The notes under the pieces are model-generated. The model saw only the letters and a list, made by a program, of their open reading frames with translations. It made no database searches and was not told the DNA's origin. A stretch of DNA of 61,027 nucleotides, the filler included, from Streblomastix strix (taxonomy: Eukaryota), in NCBI GenBank assembly GCA_008636045.1. It is 4 parts of 4 records of this genome, joined end to end, with 100 filler letters (N's around TTAATTAATTAA, not from the genome) between each part and the next. Parts side by side here need not be neighbours in the genome. Positions count along the whole stretch, not along the records: positions 30,567 to 45,747 come from SNRW01001023.1; positions 45,848 to 61,027 come from SNRW01001024.1; 2 more parts are not named here. One strand, 5' to 3'. Shown one piece after another: positions 38,572-57,596 of the stretch; the first letter of the stretch is position 1, and every line of letters begins with the position of its first letter. The position numbers were made by a program, and so were the translations under genes.

Positions 38572-41500
38572 ATGAATAACGATCAAGATTCATCAACTTC
38601 ATATCCAGAAGATATTACAGTTGAAAATCATCAAAATTATGTTTCAACACAGCTTGGAGATATTTAATAACCCAGTGAAGAGATAAGTGCTAATTTAGCT
38701 TTATTGAAGAATGATGAATAAGATCAAGAATAAATTTAGGTATTATTTTTATTAAATTTTATTTTATTATATATAAAATTATTTTAGAATTAGTAGACTA
38801 TTCAAGCCTAATTAGATTAATAATAACTAATTGATGCAGAATAAAACTGAGAATAGGAAAATAATTTATTAGTGGATCAGTAAAATTCTGCATTTCCTAT
38901 ATAAGAAGAATAGACAATATTGAATATCACAAATATTGAAAAAGTGAAATCATCAATTGATATTTTATATGAAGAAACCGAAGAAGAGAACATTCAGAAT
39001 CGTCAGTAGTAAGCCAATCATTTCCAATATTTAGCCAATTAAAAAACATTAATTGAAAGGATGACATTGGAATAAAAGGAATAATTGATTTGTAGTGGTA
39101 TTTTAATCTAATTAACATAAATACTTCAATGGGCTCACAAAAAGCCACCGATTCATGCTAGGCCTGTATAAGATGCTGTCTGTGATGTATTCAGTTTGAT
39201 TGTAGAAAGAAATAAATATTCTATAGTTACAATCTTAACCTCATATATTTTGAAGGAGTTAGTGATGTTTATTGAAGAGGATCTTCCAGATGAGGAAGTG
39301 AAATTAATTCATCTACAAGGAATTCATCATCTTATTGAGAATGATATCTAATTAAACCATTAATATATGTTTAATATTGGTGTAGTTTAATCGATTGCTA
39401 AAATTTTGAAAAGTACTGATCAATAAGTTGTAGAAATTGCAGTAAATATAATCCTTAAACTCATTAATATTAAGATTAATAATATAAATATTAATCATAG
39501 TTAACTTTGCACTGTTCTTGAACGTGATGGAGTTATACATGCCATTTGTTAGGATATTTTGCTGAGAGAAGAAGTTTAAGAAAAGTTTAAAAATGATGTT
39601 GCAATCTCATTAGGAAGTCTATTCATCAAAGGAAAAATATCATAATAATTTAAATATATCGTCATAAAACAATTGAAAAAAGGAATAATATGCAATGATG
39701 AAGATATTTTAAAAAATTCATATTCTCTTCTTGATTCTCTCTCTTAAATTCAAGGTATTATATGAAAATTAATTATTAAATAATTTCACATAATTCTTTT
39801 TTTAAAAAAATTATATTCAGAAAATCATTCGCTCATTCTTTCTGATAATTTTGTTACTAATTTAATCCATCTATTGAGGTATAAAATATTTTTAATTGTA
39901 TTTTTTTTGTTAACTTTATGTTTTTATATCATTAGGACGAATAAAGATGAAATAATAAAATATTCTTTAAGATTGATCACAACTTTGCTTGAATTTGGAA
40001 CTGATGCAACAAAAGAAGAAGTTATTAACATTATCCCATAAGATTTTTTATAATATCAAAGAAAATGTGGAAATGTTTATAATTAATAATTTACTAATAT
40101 GATTAATTCTTGGATTAGGCAGAAAATTAAAATGCTTAAAATTGCTGAAATTAATAAATAAATATAACTGAATAATAAAGATTAAATTACAGTAATGATT
40201 GAAAAAGATGTGTTTAAAGATCTTTATGCTATTGATGAATTAATGAAAGAAGAAAATGATAATGAAGGAGTTATTCTGTTTACATGTTAGACACATATTA
40301 ATCTCTCTGACTATAATTAATAATTAATGTAGGAAGTTTTGAAAGATGATTACTTTGCTGATTCATTATTTAGATTTCTCCATTCAATTCCTATTGATTA
40401 TATTATGCCAATTCATATTGAATGCCTTTAGAAGATAGTTTTCAATAATTCATTTAACATTCAAAATTTCAATATTTGTGAAAATAGAATTATCGAAATT
40501 TGGAATATAATTCTTAATAGTTAGAATAAAGAAATTCTTGAAATGATAATAAATTAGATTAAATAATGGACTTAACATAAATTACAATAATTAAAGTAAG
40601 GATAGCCACATCCTTATCGAGATGCATTTATTACAAATGGTTCAGTTACAAGACTTGTTCATTTACTTCAACTTTAAAATATCTCAAGTATCAAAATTAA
40701 ATCAAACTCAGCAATTATTTTAGGATCAATATTCAAAGCAATTCCCATCCCCAAAGAATTCAGAACTATTGTTATTAATCAACTTAAGAATATTGATGCA
40801 GAAGATAATACTTCAAATATAAATAATCAACAAATGAATGTTGGATTTAGAAATAATCTAATCAATGATGAGAAACTTTAAGTTCTTACATACGTTGCTG
40901 AGTGTAAATGTATAAAAAAATTAATAATATATTGAATATTTTGTAAAATTATTTATTTATACATATTATTAAAATTTATATTTCATCTTTTTTTCATATA
41001 ATTAATAGCCAATTTAGAAGAAATATTTTCTAATTAATTCGCTTAGACAATTGAATAAAGAATTAGAAGCGATAATAAGGAAATAAGACAAAATGCATTC
41101 TAATTTCTCCAATAAATTATCAATCTTTCCAACACAAAAATAAAAGCTGAATTATTTGCTGAAATTTCATTGGATTAAATAGAAGTTCTGACAAATTCAA
41201 ATGATTGGGAAATAAAATAATAAGCATAAAATTTACTTAAAGTCATGAAAAAAAGTTTAATGAAATTTAACAAACAAGAATCAGTTGAAGAAAAATAAGA
41301 AAGACTGAAAGAAATATTTTCTAAGTTGAATTAAACTATCATTGTAAATCATCAGATTGAATTTAGCATTGCTGAGTTTGAAAAGTAGCTTGAATAAATC
41401 AGATTATTAAACAGAAATGATGATTTGATAAGTGAATATGGAATGAAATTGGGAATATTTGATGAAATTCGAAATTTATTATAATAAATAATAACAGAAT

Positions 41501-44500
41501 TATAATAAGAAATAATTAAAGAAGATAAAGTTAATGAAAATGAAAATGAAAATAATACCGAGTAAGGAAAATTTGAACTTATTGAAGAAATATATGAAAA
41601 AATAATGATATTCATAAGAGACGATTTAGTTTGGAGCTAATAAATGACTACTATATTGATGAAAACTCAAATTCCATAACAAATAATTCTTTTATTTCAA
41701 TTTCTTCCTCTTGATGACATCTGCCTTGCGCATACTATTACATTATCCTAAATCATAATCTGGACAAATAATGAAGAGAAATTATAATTATTCAAATTGG
41801 GTGTAATTGATTCAATGATTCTAATTTTAGGTAGTTCAAATGATACAATTATTAATTGCACTTCCTTTATAATCCTTTCAATTATAAAAGTACTTAAACA
41901 TTATAACCTTTTCAATGAACTTTCTGATGTAATAATAACTATATTCTCATTACTTGATAAAAATCCAGATCAAGGATTAATCTAAAATAATAAATCATAG
42001 TATTGGCTTAAATTTATATAATTGTTTTATTAAATAATTCAATTTGCTCCTCCTTAAGCTAAAGTTCAACTCTATAAATCAGGAATTATTCAACAATTGA
42101 CAAACATTAACATTGCAAATTTTAGCTAATATTTCTAATAAATTATATCAGATATATTAATTGCAGGAGCAGATTTAGTTGTTGAAGGATAATAACATCC
42201 ATGGTTTGATGATCTTGAAACTGATGGTACAATTCAAAAACTGATAAATAATAATTATAATAATTGTGTCTGCCTCCTTTACAAAGCTAAAATTCTTCCT
42301 CCTGCTATTGGTTTTAGAATAGTTTAATAAATAATAGAAGAAATTATATTTTGTCTTTAACGAACTCCATATGAATTTTACCTCAAAATATTATGTTTCT
42401 TTGTTGAATCCAAAGGTTTATTTAAGTTGTTTTATTTATTATCGCATTTATTATGATTTTTATTATTAGAAAACCATTAAATAATTGTCAATGATCAAAG
42501 TTTCATTAAAAAATTCAATCTTAGAAGTTTTAAAAATGATTCATAGGCATATATATAATTTATTAAGTTATTAAATGTTCTTTCTCGCAATGGAACAGAT
42601 GAAATAAAGTAATAAATATGGGATTACACATCATCATCATTTCGAGTACAAATTCCTTCACTTGTGAAATTTCATCAAGAATCAATGAAGAAATAATAAG
42701 TACCTATAACAAATCTTCCAAGCTCATTACTTATTGATTTCGCGACAAACAAGGAATTTGCATAAAATGAAAATTAGAAAAACATTAATCTTGATCCTGT
42801 GGTATGTCTTTTATTTAAAATTTTTAATTTTTGTTCATCTTTAAATCATTCTTGATGTAGAATATTTCTTCTCTCTTCATTGAAATATTAGTTCTTTTGG
42901 ACTTCTACAACAGGCATACAACCAAAACTCAACAAATAAATTTTGATTAAACGAATATTTCGCCTTGGTTGGAAACTCGATTCTGTTTGCATGTTTTCTT
43001 TCTTTATTTTTATTATTCTAAATTTATTTTGTATAGTATTACTTTCTCATTCTCTGGTACAGAGGCTGAAATGTTACAAGTAGAACGACTCAATGTTTGA
43101 TTTTATTTTCAATAATCAATTTAATATCATATAATTTTCTAATAATAATATTACAGTGAATAAGAAAACAACAATGTGATGAATGCAATAACATTAATTG
43201 AAGATTTGTTAATGAAATGTAATTCACACTCAAATCAGAATTTAACTGAAAAACTTGGAAGATTTATTACAACAATCAAGGAAAGAATAAAATAAGGAGA
43301 AATTGTATGAATTAATTTTTATCAAATTGGTTTTGTTTTTCTTTATTCTTTTTATAGATACAAATTTAAGACTTATTTTCTTGGAAAACACCAGGATAAG
43401 AAGAATAGTTTAATGAATTAAAGTAATATTCTGGAAATATTAATAAAGAAATTGAATTATGTTTGGAGGAACACAATGAAATTATAATTGGACTTGTTGA
43501 TTATTGTAAGAAAGAAAAAATTGAGCAAATTTCTGAACCATCTGAAAAATCTATCTAAATTCTACATGACAATTAAAACTTAATGACTTCTACTTTTGAA
43601 TCTGTTCATATTTAGTCATAAATTATGAATAATACAACAATATTCTCACAAGTTTTCAAGATTGATAGTGAATTTTGTTTTATTTAACCTAATAGTTTTC
43701 TTGATGAAAGAAATTAAAGTTAGACATAGTAATTAGAATTGTAAAGTAATGATGAATCAATATCTGAGAATGAATAAATTGTTTATGGATTGAGAAGAAT
43801 ATTAATGAAAGAAAAAGAAAGAAGTTAATTAGAGTAAGAAGAACTTGAATGGGCATGTGAAGCTTCAATTCCATTGCTTGTATTAATATTGAACTAATAC
43901 ACTGATAGATTTAATCAAACAAAAACTATACAAATGAGATAGTATGAGAAAAATTCATTGTTAATTCTTGCTCATATTGTGCTGAAAGGAATTGTTAATA
44001 TGAAAACTGAATTTGAAATAGAAGAAACCTAATTTAATATATTCTAAGCATAATTTGAACTATCTGGTTTGGTTGAAATAATTGAATAGATTGTAAATAT
44101 TCATAAATCAAAAGAAGTTGATAATGAAAATAAGAATAATGAAATAATTTCAGAGAATAATGATTTAATAAAGATAAATGAAATTGAAGCACAAATCAAT
44201 ATTCTTCATTTATACTTGAAAAAATTATAAAATAACAGTAATTTGAAGAAATAATTATATGGATAAATTTGCAATACAATTGATTTTGAGGAATAAGAAT
44301 AAGTTGTAAGTAATGATGATAATAATTCAGTTCTAGAACAAATTATCTAATATATGAATTTTTACATTAATTATCATAATTAATAATTGAGTATTAGTAA
44401 TCAGATGATCCTCAATGATGAAAGCAAAGATGATGAAGCATTTATATTTTCTGGAATTTGTCTTTCTTTATTAAATAGTCTTTTAATTGGCATGAATAAT

Positions 44501-45331
44501 ACTTATTCATTTATCAGTTAAAACAAAAAATTAGAAATCTTCAGCATTTTAACTCAGATCATACAACTATCTATCCAAAAGTCGGATTCATATTTCTTAT
44601 TGCAAGCAAATGCAATCAAATGTTTATTCATTCTTCTTAATAATAATTCACATCTTTCTTCGTTGTTTAATTCGAGAAAAATTATTAATATTATTAACAG
44701 TAATATTTCTGATGCAATTTCATCTCCTAATAATTTCATTCTTATTCACCGTGCTATTAGTTCTTTACATCTTCTTATTGCTCTTGAATTTAATAAACAT
44801 TAAAATCAACAAAGCAACTTAGATTATAATTATGGATCATCACTCACATTACTCACATAAAGAAGCAGAACTTCATTGATTAACAGCAGCACATCTGAAG
44901 CAATCAGATAACTTTGTATGGAGGCCAGTAAAGCAATGAATATATTTTTTGGTGATCATATTAAAATGAAATTGTTTCTTCGATGCAAATTTGGTCAGAT
45001 TTTAAGTCTTTGGATGTGTAGTGCTGGTGGAGAGGAATAAATAGATGATATAATTACAGAGACAATGAAATAACTTTAGAGACTTGCCTATTATTTTAAT
45101 GATAAATATAATAAAGATAAAGAAGATCGGTTAATTGATTAAAATGAATTATATAATAATGGTTTGCTAATGAAAAAAGAATTTGAGGAAGAAATTGAAG
45201 AAGAAGGAATTGAAGAAGAATGTGAAGCAAATATTCATTCATCTTAAAATAAATTTAAAAGAGAAGCAGATTCATTAAAGAGAGAATTGAAATAATTTTA
45301 TAAACAATAATAAATGTGGTTAAATATCTGA
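38572..45331 (+). CDS. Large multi-exon alpha-helical (ARM/HEAT-like) repeat host protein
   Basis: Long TAR=Gln frames split by short GT-AG introns (e.g. 38740-38787, 39755-39820, 39879-39935, 40909-41008, 42416-42469). Recurrent GQPHPY...NGS...L / LGSIFKA.PIP.EF...VI.QLK units; C-terminal EEIEEEGIEEECEA. Confidence 0.75.
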
Positions 45332-45747
45332 AATTGAAGAATGAGTTAAGGAAATACAAATACAAATGTAATTCATGTTCCATGAGTTTATTTTATTTAC
45401 ACATATCATTTTAATATCTATAGAAAAGCTTAGTAAAAATAAATACTATTTACAATTAAAAATTTTAAATTTTTTATTTATTTGTTTATTAACAACAATT
45501 ATGAAAATATGATATTAAATAATCTATACTTTTCTAATTAATTAGTTTTCATCTAAGATTAAATTACATATAATATTTGAATGAAATTGAAAGCAAATAT
45601 TTTTTTATTTGTTATCGTATCTACATTTTCTAGGTATGGAAAATAATATCTGGGTATGATGTGTTAATTTTTATTAAAATGGTACATATAGATAATTTAC
45701 ACTTAACAAATTTTAAAATAAAGCTTGTGCGAAAAGTTTGATTTTTT

Positions 45748-45847
45748 NNNNNNNNNNNNNNNNNNNNNNNNNNNNNNNNNNNNNNNNNNNNTTAATTAAT
45801 TAANNNNNNNNNNNNNNNNNNNNNNNNNNNNNNNNNNNNNNNNNNNN
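45748..45847. other. Artificial contig spacer
   Basis: N44-TTAATTAATTAA-N44. Confidence 0.98.
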
Positions 45848-45940
45848 GACCCCCTAATTATTTACATATATATCATAACTATTATTTGTATATATACCAT
45901 ATTAAAAAATTCAGTCGTCGCCATACCGTGAACCACCGCC

Positions 45941-46034
45941 TAATATAATTTCAATTTTTAATAATTCGACTTATAACTTCAATAATTATTTTATTTTCAA
46001 GTTAACTAATCCATTTATTATTTTTTTCTTTATT
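45941..46034 (+). repeat. ~95-bp upstream element duplicated at 57422-57515
   Basis: First ~67 nt identical between the two copies. Confidence 0.85.
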
Positions 46035-46054
46035 TTCTATTTAAGATTCGGGAT

Positions 46055-50795
<4,741 letters not shown>

Positions 50796-51100
50796 GTTAA
50801 CTTTTAGAGAACTCTCTGATATATATAGACAAATCCATTAATTTTTTCAGGTTTTTATGTATTTATATTAGGATAATTTCATGATTTAAACTTCCGTTGC
50901 CAATTATAGACTAGATTTCGAATTTGATTGTTTTTACTCTATATTCATTCGCATAATTTACCCTTCTTTTTAGGATTTGTATATTCAACAATTTTTCAAC
51001 TTACCTTGAAATAAATTTTCATATTTTTTAAGTATCTATCCAATAAATAGAGTTATTTAAACTAAATTATTTATTTACTTTCATAAAACTAATTATAAAT

Positions 51101-54100
51101 TCATTTAAATCCTTATATGTCAGATTTTTCAGATGATTACAATCCCCAAAGTGGTTCTGGATTTGAATATTGTCCAATAATCTTCCTTTCTTATTTTCTT
51201 CCATTATTTCTTTCTTAGTTTTTTGAAATATCAGACCCAAATAGAAAGCGTAGAGCCAACTGAGGATTTATCCCATTCAATTCATTAATTTAATTTTCAT
51301 TTTGCAATTCACTGTGGATTTGAGTAACAAATAAATTGGCAATTCTAAGATGAGTTGGTTGGATTATTCGTGGAGTATGAGATGAAGATGAAATTAATGA
51401 AATTGAATTATTTTATTCAATTATCATATCAGGAGTTATATAGAGAGTAGTTTTTAAAGGTTCTTTCTTAGTATTTTTCTTTCTTTCTAACTTTTTTATT
51501 TTCTTTTAATTATTTATTCTTTCATTTTTTTCATCAACATTTGAACTATCCTCATTTTCATCTAAAGAAATTCCTTTTTTTATCTTGTCTGATTAAATAT
51601 TCTTCTTATTCTAAACCTTTTTTGACGAATTTTTATGGATATTTTCTTTTATTTTTCTTTTTTTCGATGATTCTTAAGCATTACTATCATAAAGATCATC
51701 TGCTACAAACTGTTAAAAAAAATTATCAACTTCAATATTATCATCCTAAGTTTAAATAAACGATTCAGTATTTGTGGATTCGGTATTAATGTCTTATTTT
51801 ATAACATTTTCTATTTCATTTTCTTTCTCTTTTCCCAATTCTATCTTCACAAACTCTAAAAAACTCCCTTTCTCTTTTTCCTACTTTTATTTATCTTCAA
51901 TCTCTTTGATATTCTTCATTTCATTGTCTAATATTGTCCTATTCACTAATTTACTCTAATTTCCTTTAATCCAAGATGATTAGGCAAATTGAGAAAGAAT
52001 AGCCAGTGCTAATGATTATTTATGAGGAGATTTAGATTAGAATGAAGATGAATCAAGGAAAGACGATGAAGTATTACTCATATATTTTTATTTAGTTGCA
52101 ATCGATCCTTTTTATTCATTTTTAATTTTGTTTTCCACAAATTGTTGTAATTCACCCTCATTGTCTTAAATTATTTTGGTTTTTAAACTTTCATTCAGTT
52201 TCATTTTTAATATTTCTTTAAAATTATCATCATTATCTTCATGTTTTTCAATTAATTTATTATTTTCATTATTAGTTCTTTTTTCATTATTATTTAGAAT
52301 TTGTTGATCAATTATACTATTTCCATATTTATATTTGTTAAAATTATTTTCAAAATTATTCTCATCATTTTATTAATTATTAGCTAATTATTAATTATCT
52401 TACTTTAATTTCTATAAACCTTTCTACTTGAAGTTTTATTTTCTCTTCAATAATTTTTAATTCTATATTGGAATATCTGAAGAATTAGAAGAAGATGATT
52501 AATGAATAAATGAAGCAAATGGATTTGGAGATTTTATCAATTGAGATTTAGGTTTTGGAGATAAAGAAGAAGATAAAGAAGATGGAGATAAGGAAGAAGA
52601 AGATAATTAAGATTAAGTTGTAGATGATGATTCTATTTGTTAATTAAAATTTCTCTCTTTTCTTGGAGTAATTTATATGCATTAATTAATAAGTTAAGGA
52701 TTTAAAGGAATAGATGATACCAAAAGAGGAAGAAGAGCTTATGAAGGGAAGGGTGAAGATATAATTACAGATGAGGTGGGAATAGATGAAATTAGTGAGT
52801 GTTATGTTGTTGGAGAATGAATATTAGTTGAATTGTTTGAATGATTTGAACTAATTTAATTTGATTATGAGTAAAAATATGAAGATTATGAATGATTCTT
52901 ATCATATAATTCACAATATTTATTATCATCACGATTTATAATTTTCTTATTTTTAATCTGTGGTGTATTATATTATTATTATGATTATAATGTTGATTAC
53001 GAATGAGAATGATTAATAATTGATTGATGCAACTAATTAAATTCTTTTTCTTTATATTAGTCTAATTATTACTTTTATTCTTTCTCATTTTCATTCTATT
53101 TGTTAATTATTTCATCTTTATAAATATTTTCTTCTCTATTGGTTTAAATAACTGATAACCTTTTTCTTGATTTATGAATTCTAGTTATGTGCAGTTAATT
53201 ATCTTCTTCTCGATTATCTTCATTACATTATTCTTTTGGAGGAGTTTTAAATGTTTATTATTCATTGTTAATAATAACTTCATCTTTCGTATCTTTATTA
53301 TTATCAATCTTATCTTCTATTTCTTTTTATTCATTAATTATATTAGTTTTGAATTATGTTTATCTATTTTTTCTCCTTTTCTTATTTAGCTTATAAATAT
53401 TATTATCGGTCTTTACATTTTAATAATTCTCATCAGCAGCAACAATAATTTATTCATCTTCATATATTTATTTATTCATTTTTTATTATTTCTATATTTA
53501 ATCCTCATTATCTTCTTTTTATTATACAATTTGTTTATCAATTTAAATTTATTGCTTTATTTTCTTTTTAGAGATTGATTTGTTTTTCTTATTATTCTCC
53601 TTTAATTATTTATTCTTCTTCTCTTGTTTATTAATTTAAATATTCTCTTTTAATTAATGTTATTAACTTTCATTGTCATCCCATATTATTGTCAAATTTC
53701 TATTCTTTATTAATTAAATTCTATTCAAATCAATCATATTACTTTTAATTTATTATGGTTATTCTTCTTTCTTAACTTCATCATTCTCATTTTCAGTATC
53801 ATTGTCATCATTAATTATTGTTATTCTTCTTCTTCCTCTATTCAATAATTTACTTTAAATTTAAATTTAAATTTCATTTTATTAATTCTTTTTACTTTCT
53901 TCATCACTTATTTCACTTTTCTAATCTGTTACCATTTCTTCATAATTCCTTTTCTTTCCTATTTTTAATTATCCTTCACCACTTTCACTTTATTCAGATT
54001 AATTACTTATATTTTATTCAATTTAATTAAATGTTTATTATTTTCTATTTTTCATCAAACGTGGTGGAGATGAATATTTTGATTTCAAATTAAAAGATTA

Positions 54101-56608
54101 AGTGAGAGAATGTGGAATAAATTATTAAGGATAGTTATTATTCATGTTATTTTTCACAATATTATTAAAGTTATATTAATTATTTATTTGTTATGGAATT
54201 GGAATTGGACAGAAAGAAAATATTGATGTTACTGTTTATTTTATTTATTAATTTTGACTATTATTATTTATAAGTTAGTTATTATTGTAATTTTATGAGA
54301 AATTTCTGAATATTTGTCTCCGAGGTGTTTAAAAATATGATTATTAAGAATAAGATAAAGGAGATGAAGAATATGAAGATTGATATTATTAATTTCCAGT
54401 TTGTTATAATTGATATTAACTATAAGTTGGTGAATGAGAAGATAATAATTATGATTATGTATTAATGAAATTAATAATTTTTTTTGTTTTATTATTTGAT
54501 TATTAATTTTAATTTTTATGAAAATGTTAATGAGGATGGGTATGTTTACAATTATTAATGATTGGATGAAGAATCAATGTTTCTTAATTATCCATTATTT
54601 CTTATTATTTTTATTCTTAATAGATATTATTTTAATACTCTTCTTATGCAACAATATATTCATCTTCATTATTTATAGGGTCTATAATATTAATTTAATT
54701 ATTATCTTTATGAATTTATTAATCTATTAATTTTTATTTCTTTTACTTTTTCAATCCAACATTTTCTTTCATTTTCTTTTATTCATTTTCACTCCCTTCA
54801 TCAAAATCATCTCTCAATATTATAAATTTTCTCTTCTTCTTCTTCTTCTTATTATTTTGTTTTTTAATTTCAATTTATTTTTATTCAAATGATTCACTTT
54901 CATTAACTTCGTCATCATTCATATAAATATCATTATTTATCATCTCTTTATATTTTCTTTTCATTTTCTTTACTAATATATAATTATCTTTATCTTTATT
55001 TATTTATTTTCATAGAGAATCTTATTCAATTGTTTGCTATTAATTATCAAATAATTAGTTTTAAATATTTTAATTTACAATTTCTTTTTCATTAAATTCA
55101 TTTGTATTATCTTTAAGTTTTAAATTTATTTTTTTTTCTTTTTTCTTTTTCTTTTTCTTTTTCTTTTATTTATCTTATTTCTCATCATTAATATCATAAT
55201 TCAAATCAAAGGGGTGTTCAGATAATGGTTCAAAAATGTCTAAAGATTGTTATTCATTTTCATTAATAAAATATAAATCTTCTTCTTTATTTGCAATATT
55301 TAATAAAGAAAAAATGTCATTTTAATCATTTTATATTTCCTATTTATCATGATCAGAAGTAAATGAATTAATTCAATCAGTATTCTCAGTTTAATTAACT
55401 GAGCAATTATGTTCAAATGGTTAAATATCACTGTCCATGTCAATAATTATTATTTTATTATATTCATCTTATTTTGATTAATTAATATTGTGTTTTTCTT
55501 CAAAATGGATGTTTTCTTCATTTTCAAATATTTTACTCACCTCCTTTTCTTTTTAAGAATTATCATCATAATCATCTCAAATAATCGTTCTTTTTCTTTT
55601 GACTAATTTTGAATTACTTAAATTCTTTGATTGATGTTATTCATTAAGTTTTTATTCTTTTTCTTTTTGGAATTTCTTTTTCTTTTTCGTTTATTATTAA
55701 TTGTTTATTGTTAATTAAATTGGAAGTGAAATTGTATGTTAAAATATTGGAGTATGAGAAAAAAATGATTTTTAAGACTACATAATCTCAATATTATTAT
55801 TTTATTAATTATTATTAAATGTTTGTTATGAAAGTTTTAATTGTGGACTAGTTGCATTTTGGGATTAATTATCATTTTAAATAAAATATTATGGAAATAA
55901 CAATTAGTCATTGTTTACTGATTATGATAATGAATGAGAAGATATTGGAGAGGAATTAATTGAATTATTTTAATTCCTTGTTAATGTTGTTGAAGGAGAA
56001 ATCAGTTATGAATGAGTAACAATTTAAGGCTTGGGTGTTATTTCAGATGGTGATTCAGTTGAAATGTGAATTGATTATGATTGAAGTGGATTGTCTATAA
56101 AGTTATTATTATTTCATGGAGTAAATATTATTGATTAATGAGAAAATAATTAAATTGTATTATTAATTGTCTTTTCTTAATCTTATTCTTCATTTTCACT
56201 CCAACATTCTTGTTATTCTGCAGATTAAATATCATTTTATTTGATTTCAGTACTCAACTTTTTTCTTTATGCTGTTTATTTGAGTAGTCTTATATTCTAT
56301 GGGGTAGTTTTAGCTTTTTAAAGATTTATATCTGATTCAATAGGAACATTTTCTTTAAGAATTTGAGCAGAATCTATTTGTTATTCATTGTGATCATCTT
56401 TTGTTATTGTTTCTATAAAAGTAGAAAAATCATCATCATTTTATGATCCGTTCATGAGTTTTATTAAATAAGACATCAAGTTTTTCATTTCTATTCCTTA
56501 AACGAGTACGCAATTCCTTATGTGTTAAATCTTCTTCCTTTTTGAGCTATAATCGAATTCATCACTGCATATTGGACAATTTGTGAATTAATTTATAATG
56601 TTTTCCAT
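51101..56608 (-). CDS. ~1835-aa Q/N/E/K-rich protein with N-terminal C2HC (UBZ-like) zinc finger
   Basis: MENIINQFTNCPICSDEFDYSSKRKKIQHIRNC. ATG-to-TGA span is 5508 nt, a multiple of 3 and consistent with one exon; the interior was not checked codon by codon. Confidence 0.7.
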
Positions 56609-57421
56609 AATTTATGGTGATTTTAAGGGCTTCCTGAGAAAAATATTGGTTATTAACTTTAAAAAAGCTGACAATTTTTAAAATATATTATATATTGGAT
56701 AGCTTTAATTTCAAATAAAAATGTATAGTGCAAAAATCCGTCTTTGAATTTGGAAAAAAAATAAAAATAGTTAAAGTTTAAATCTTTCATATTCGATTAA
56801 TATTAGTATAATCTTGTTTATATGTTTATTTGATCACTATTGGAATAAATAATTCGTTGTATATCCAGTGATTGTGGAGGAAACAGAAGAATATTATTTT
56901 TAGCTTAAATAACCGATGTGGATTGTTATTATAAAAAAATTAAGAGGGGAAATATACACAATTGGTAGAATATATAGTGAAAGGCAAACAAAGTGTAAGC
57001 TCGAAGTTCAGAAAGTTAGTTACAAGTTTCCGTTTTGGTTTTTAATAACCTGCATTCTCTCCATTCTCCGTGTTGAATTACATTGCATAAGGTTATTAAA
57101 TCAATTATTTGTATTCATTTGATAAATTTATGATGGTATTTACATCACCAATTGCAGCATAACTGGACAAATTGTTAATTCCTACTTTTCGCCATAATCC
57201 TGATCGTCTAATCCAAATATTAGTAATTATATTAATAACATATGCAATTTCTTTCCGTTTCATACCAATCTTCATAATTTATTATTCTCTAACTCTTTAA
57301 TATTGCATTTAATATCTTTATTTAATTAAACGCACGTTTCGCAATCCATGAATATTTATTGAAGTTTAAATACACACAATTATTCATTATTACATAATAT
57401 CAACCAAATTTATATATAATA

Positions 57422-57515
57422 TAATATAATTTCAATTTTTAATAATTCGACTTATAACTTCAATAATTATTTTATTTTCAAGTTAACTCATCCTTTTATT
57501 ATTTTCTTTCTTTAT
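57422..57515 (+). repeat. Second copy of the upstream element at 45941
   Basis: Direct sequence match. Confidence 0.85.
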
Positions 57516-57596
57516 TATTTTTCTAAATTGTATTAAATAATATATATATTTAATTCTTACAGTTTCTTTGCATTCATCATAAACTTTGCCAGCAAA

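Noticed and set aside
15184..45847. TTAATTAATTAA inside N runs as a biological repeat, and linkage between segments
   Set aside because: Identical 100-nt spacers separate pieces of 15183, 15183, 15181 and 15180 nt, i.e. length-sorted contigs concatenated artificially; nothing can be inferred across them.
56800..57350. Possible small gene or transposon remnant between divergent genes
   Set aside because: No sustained frame or motif found.
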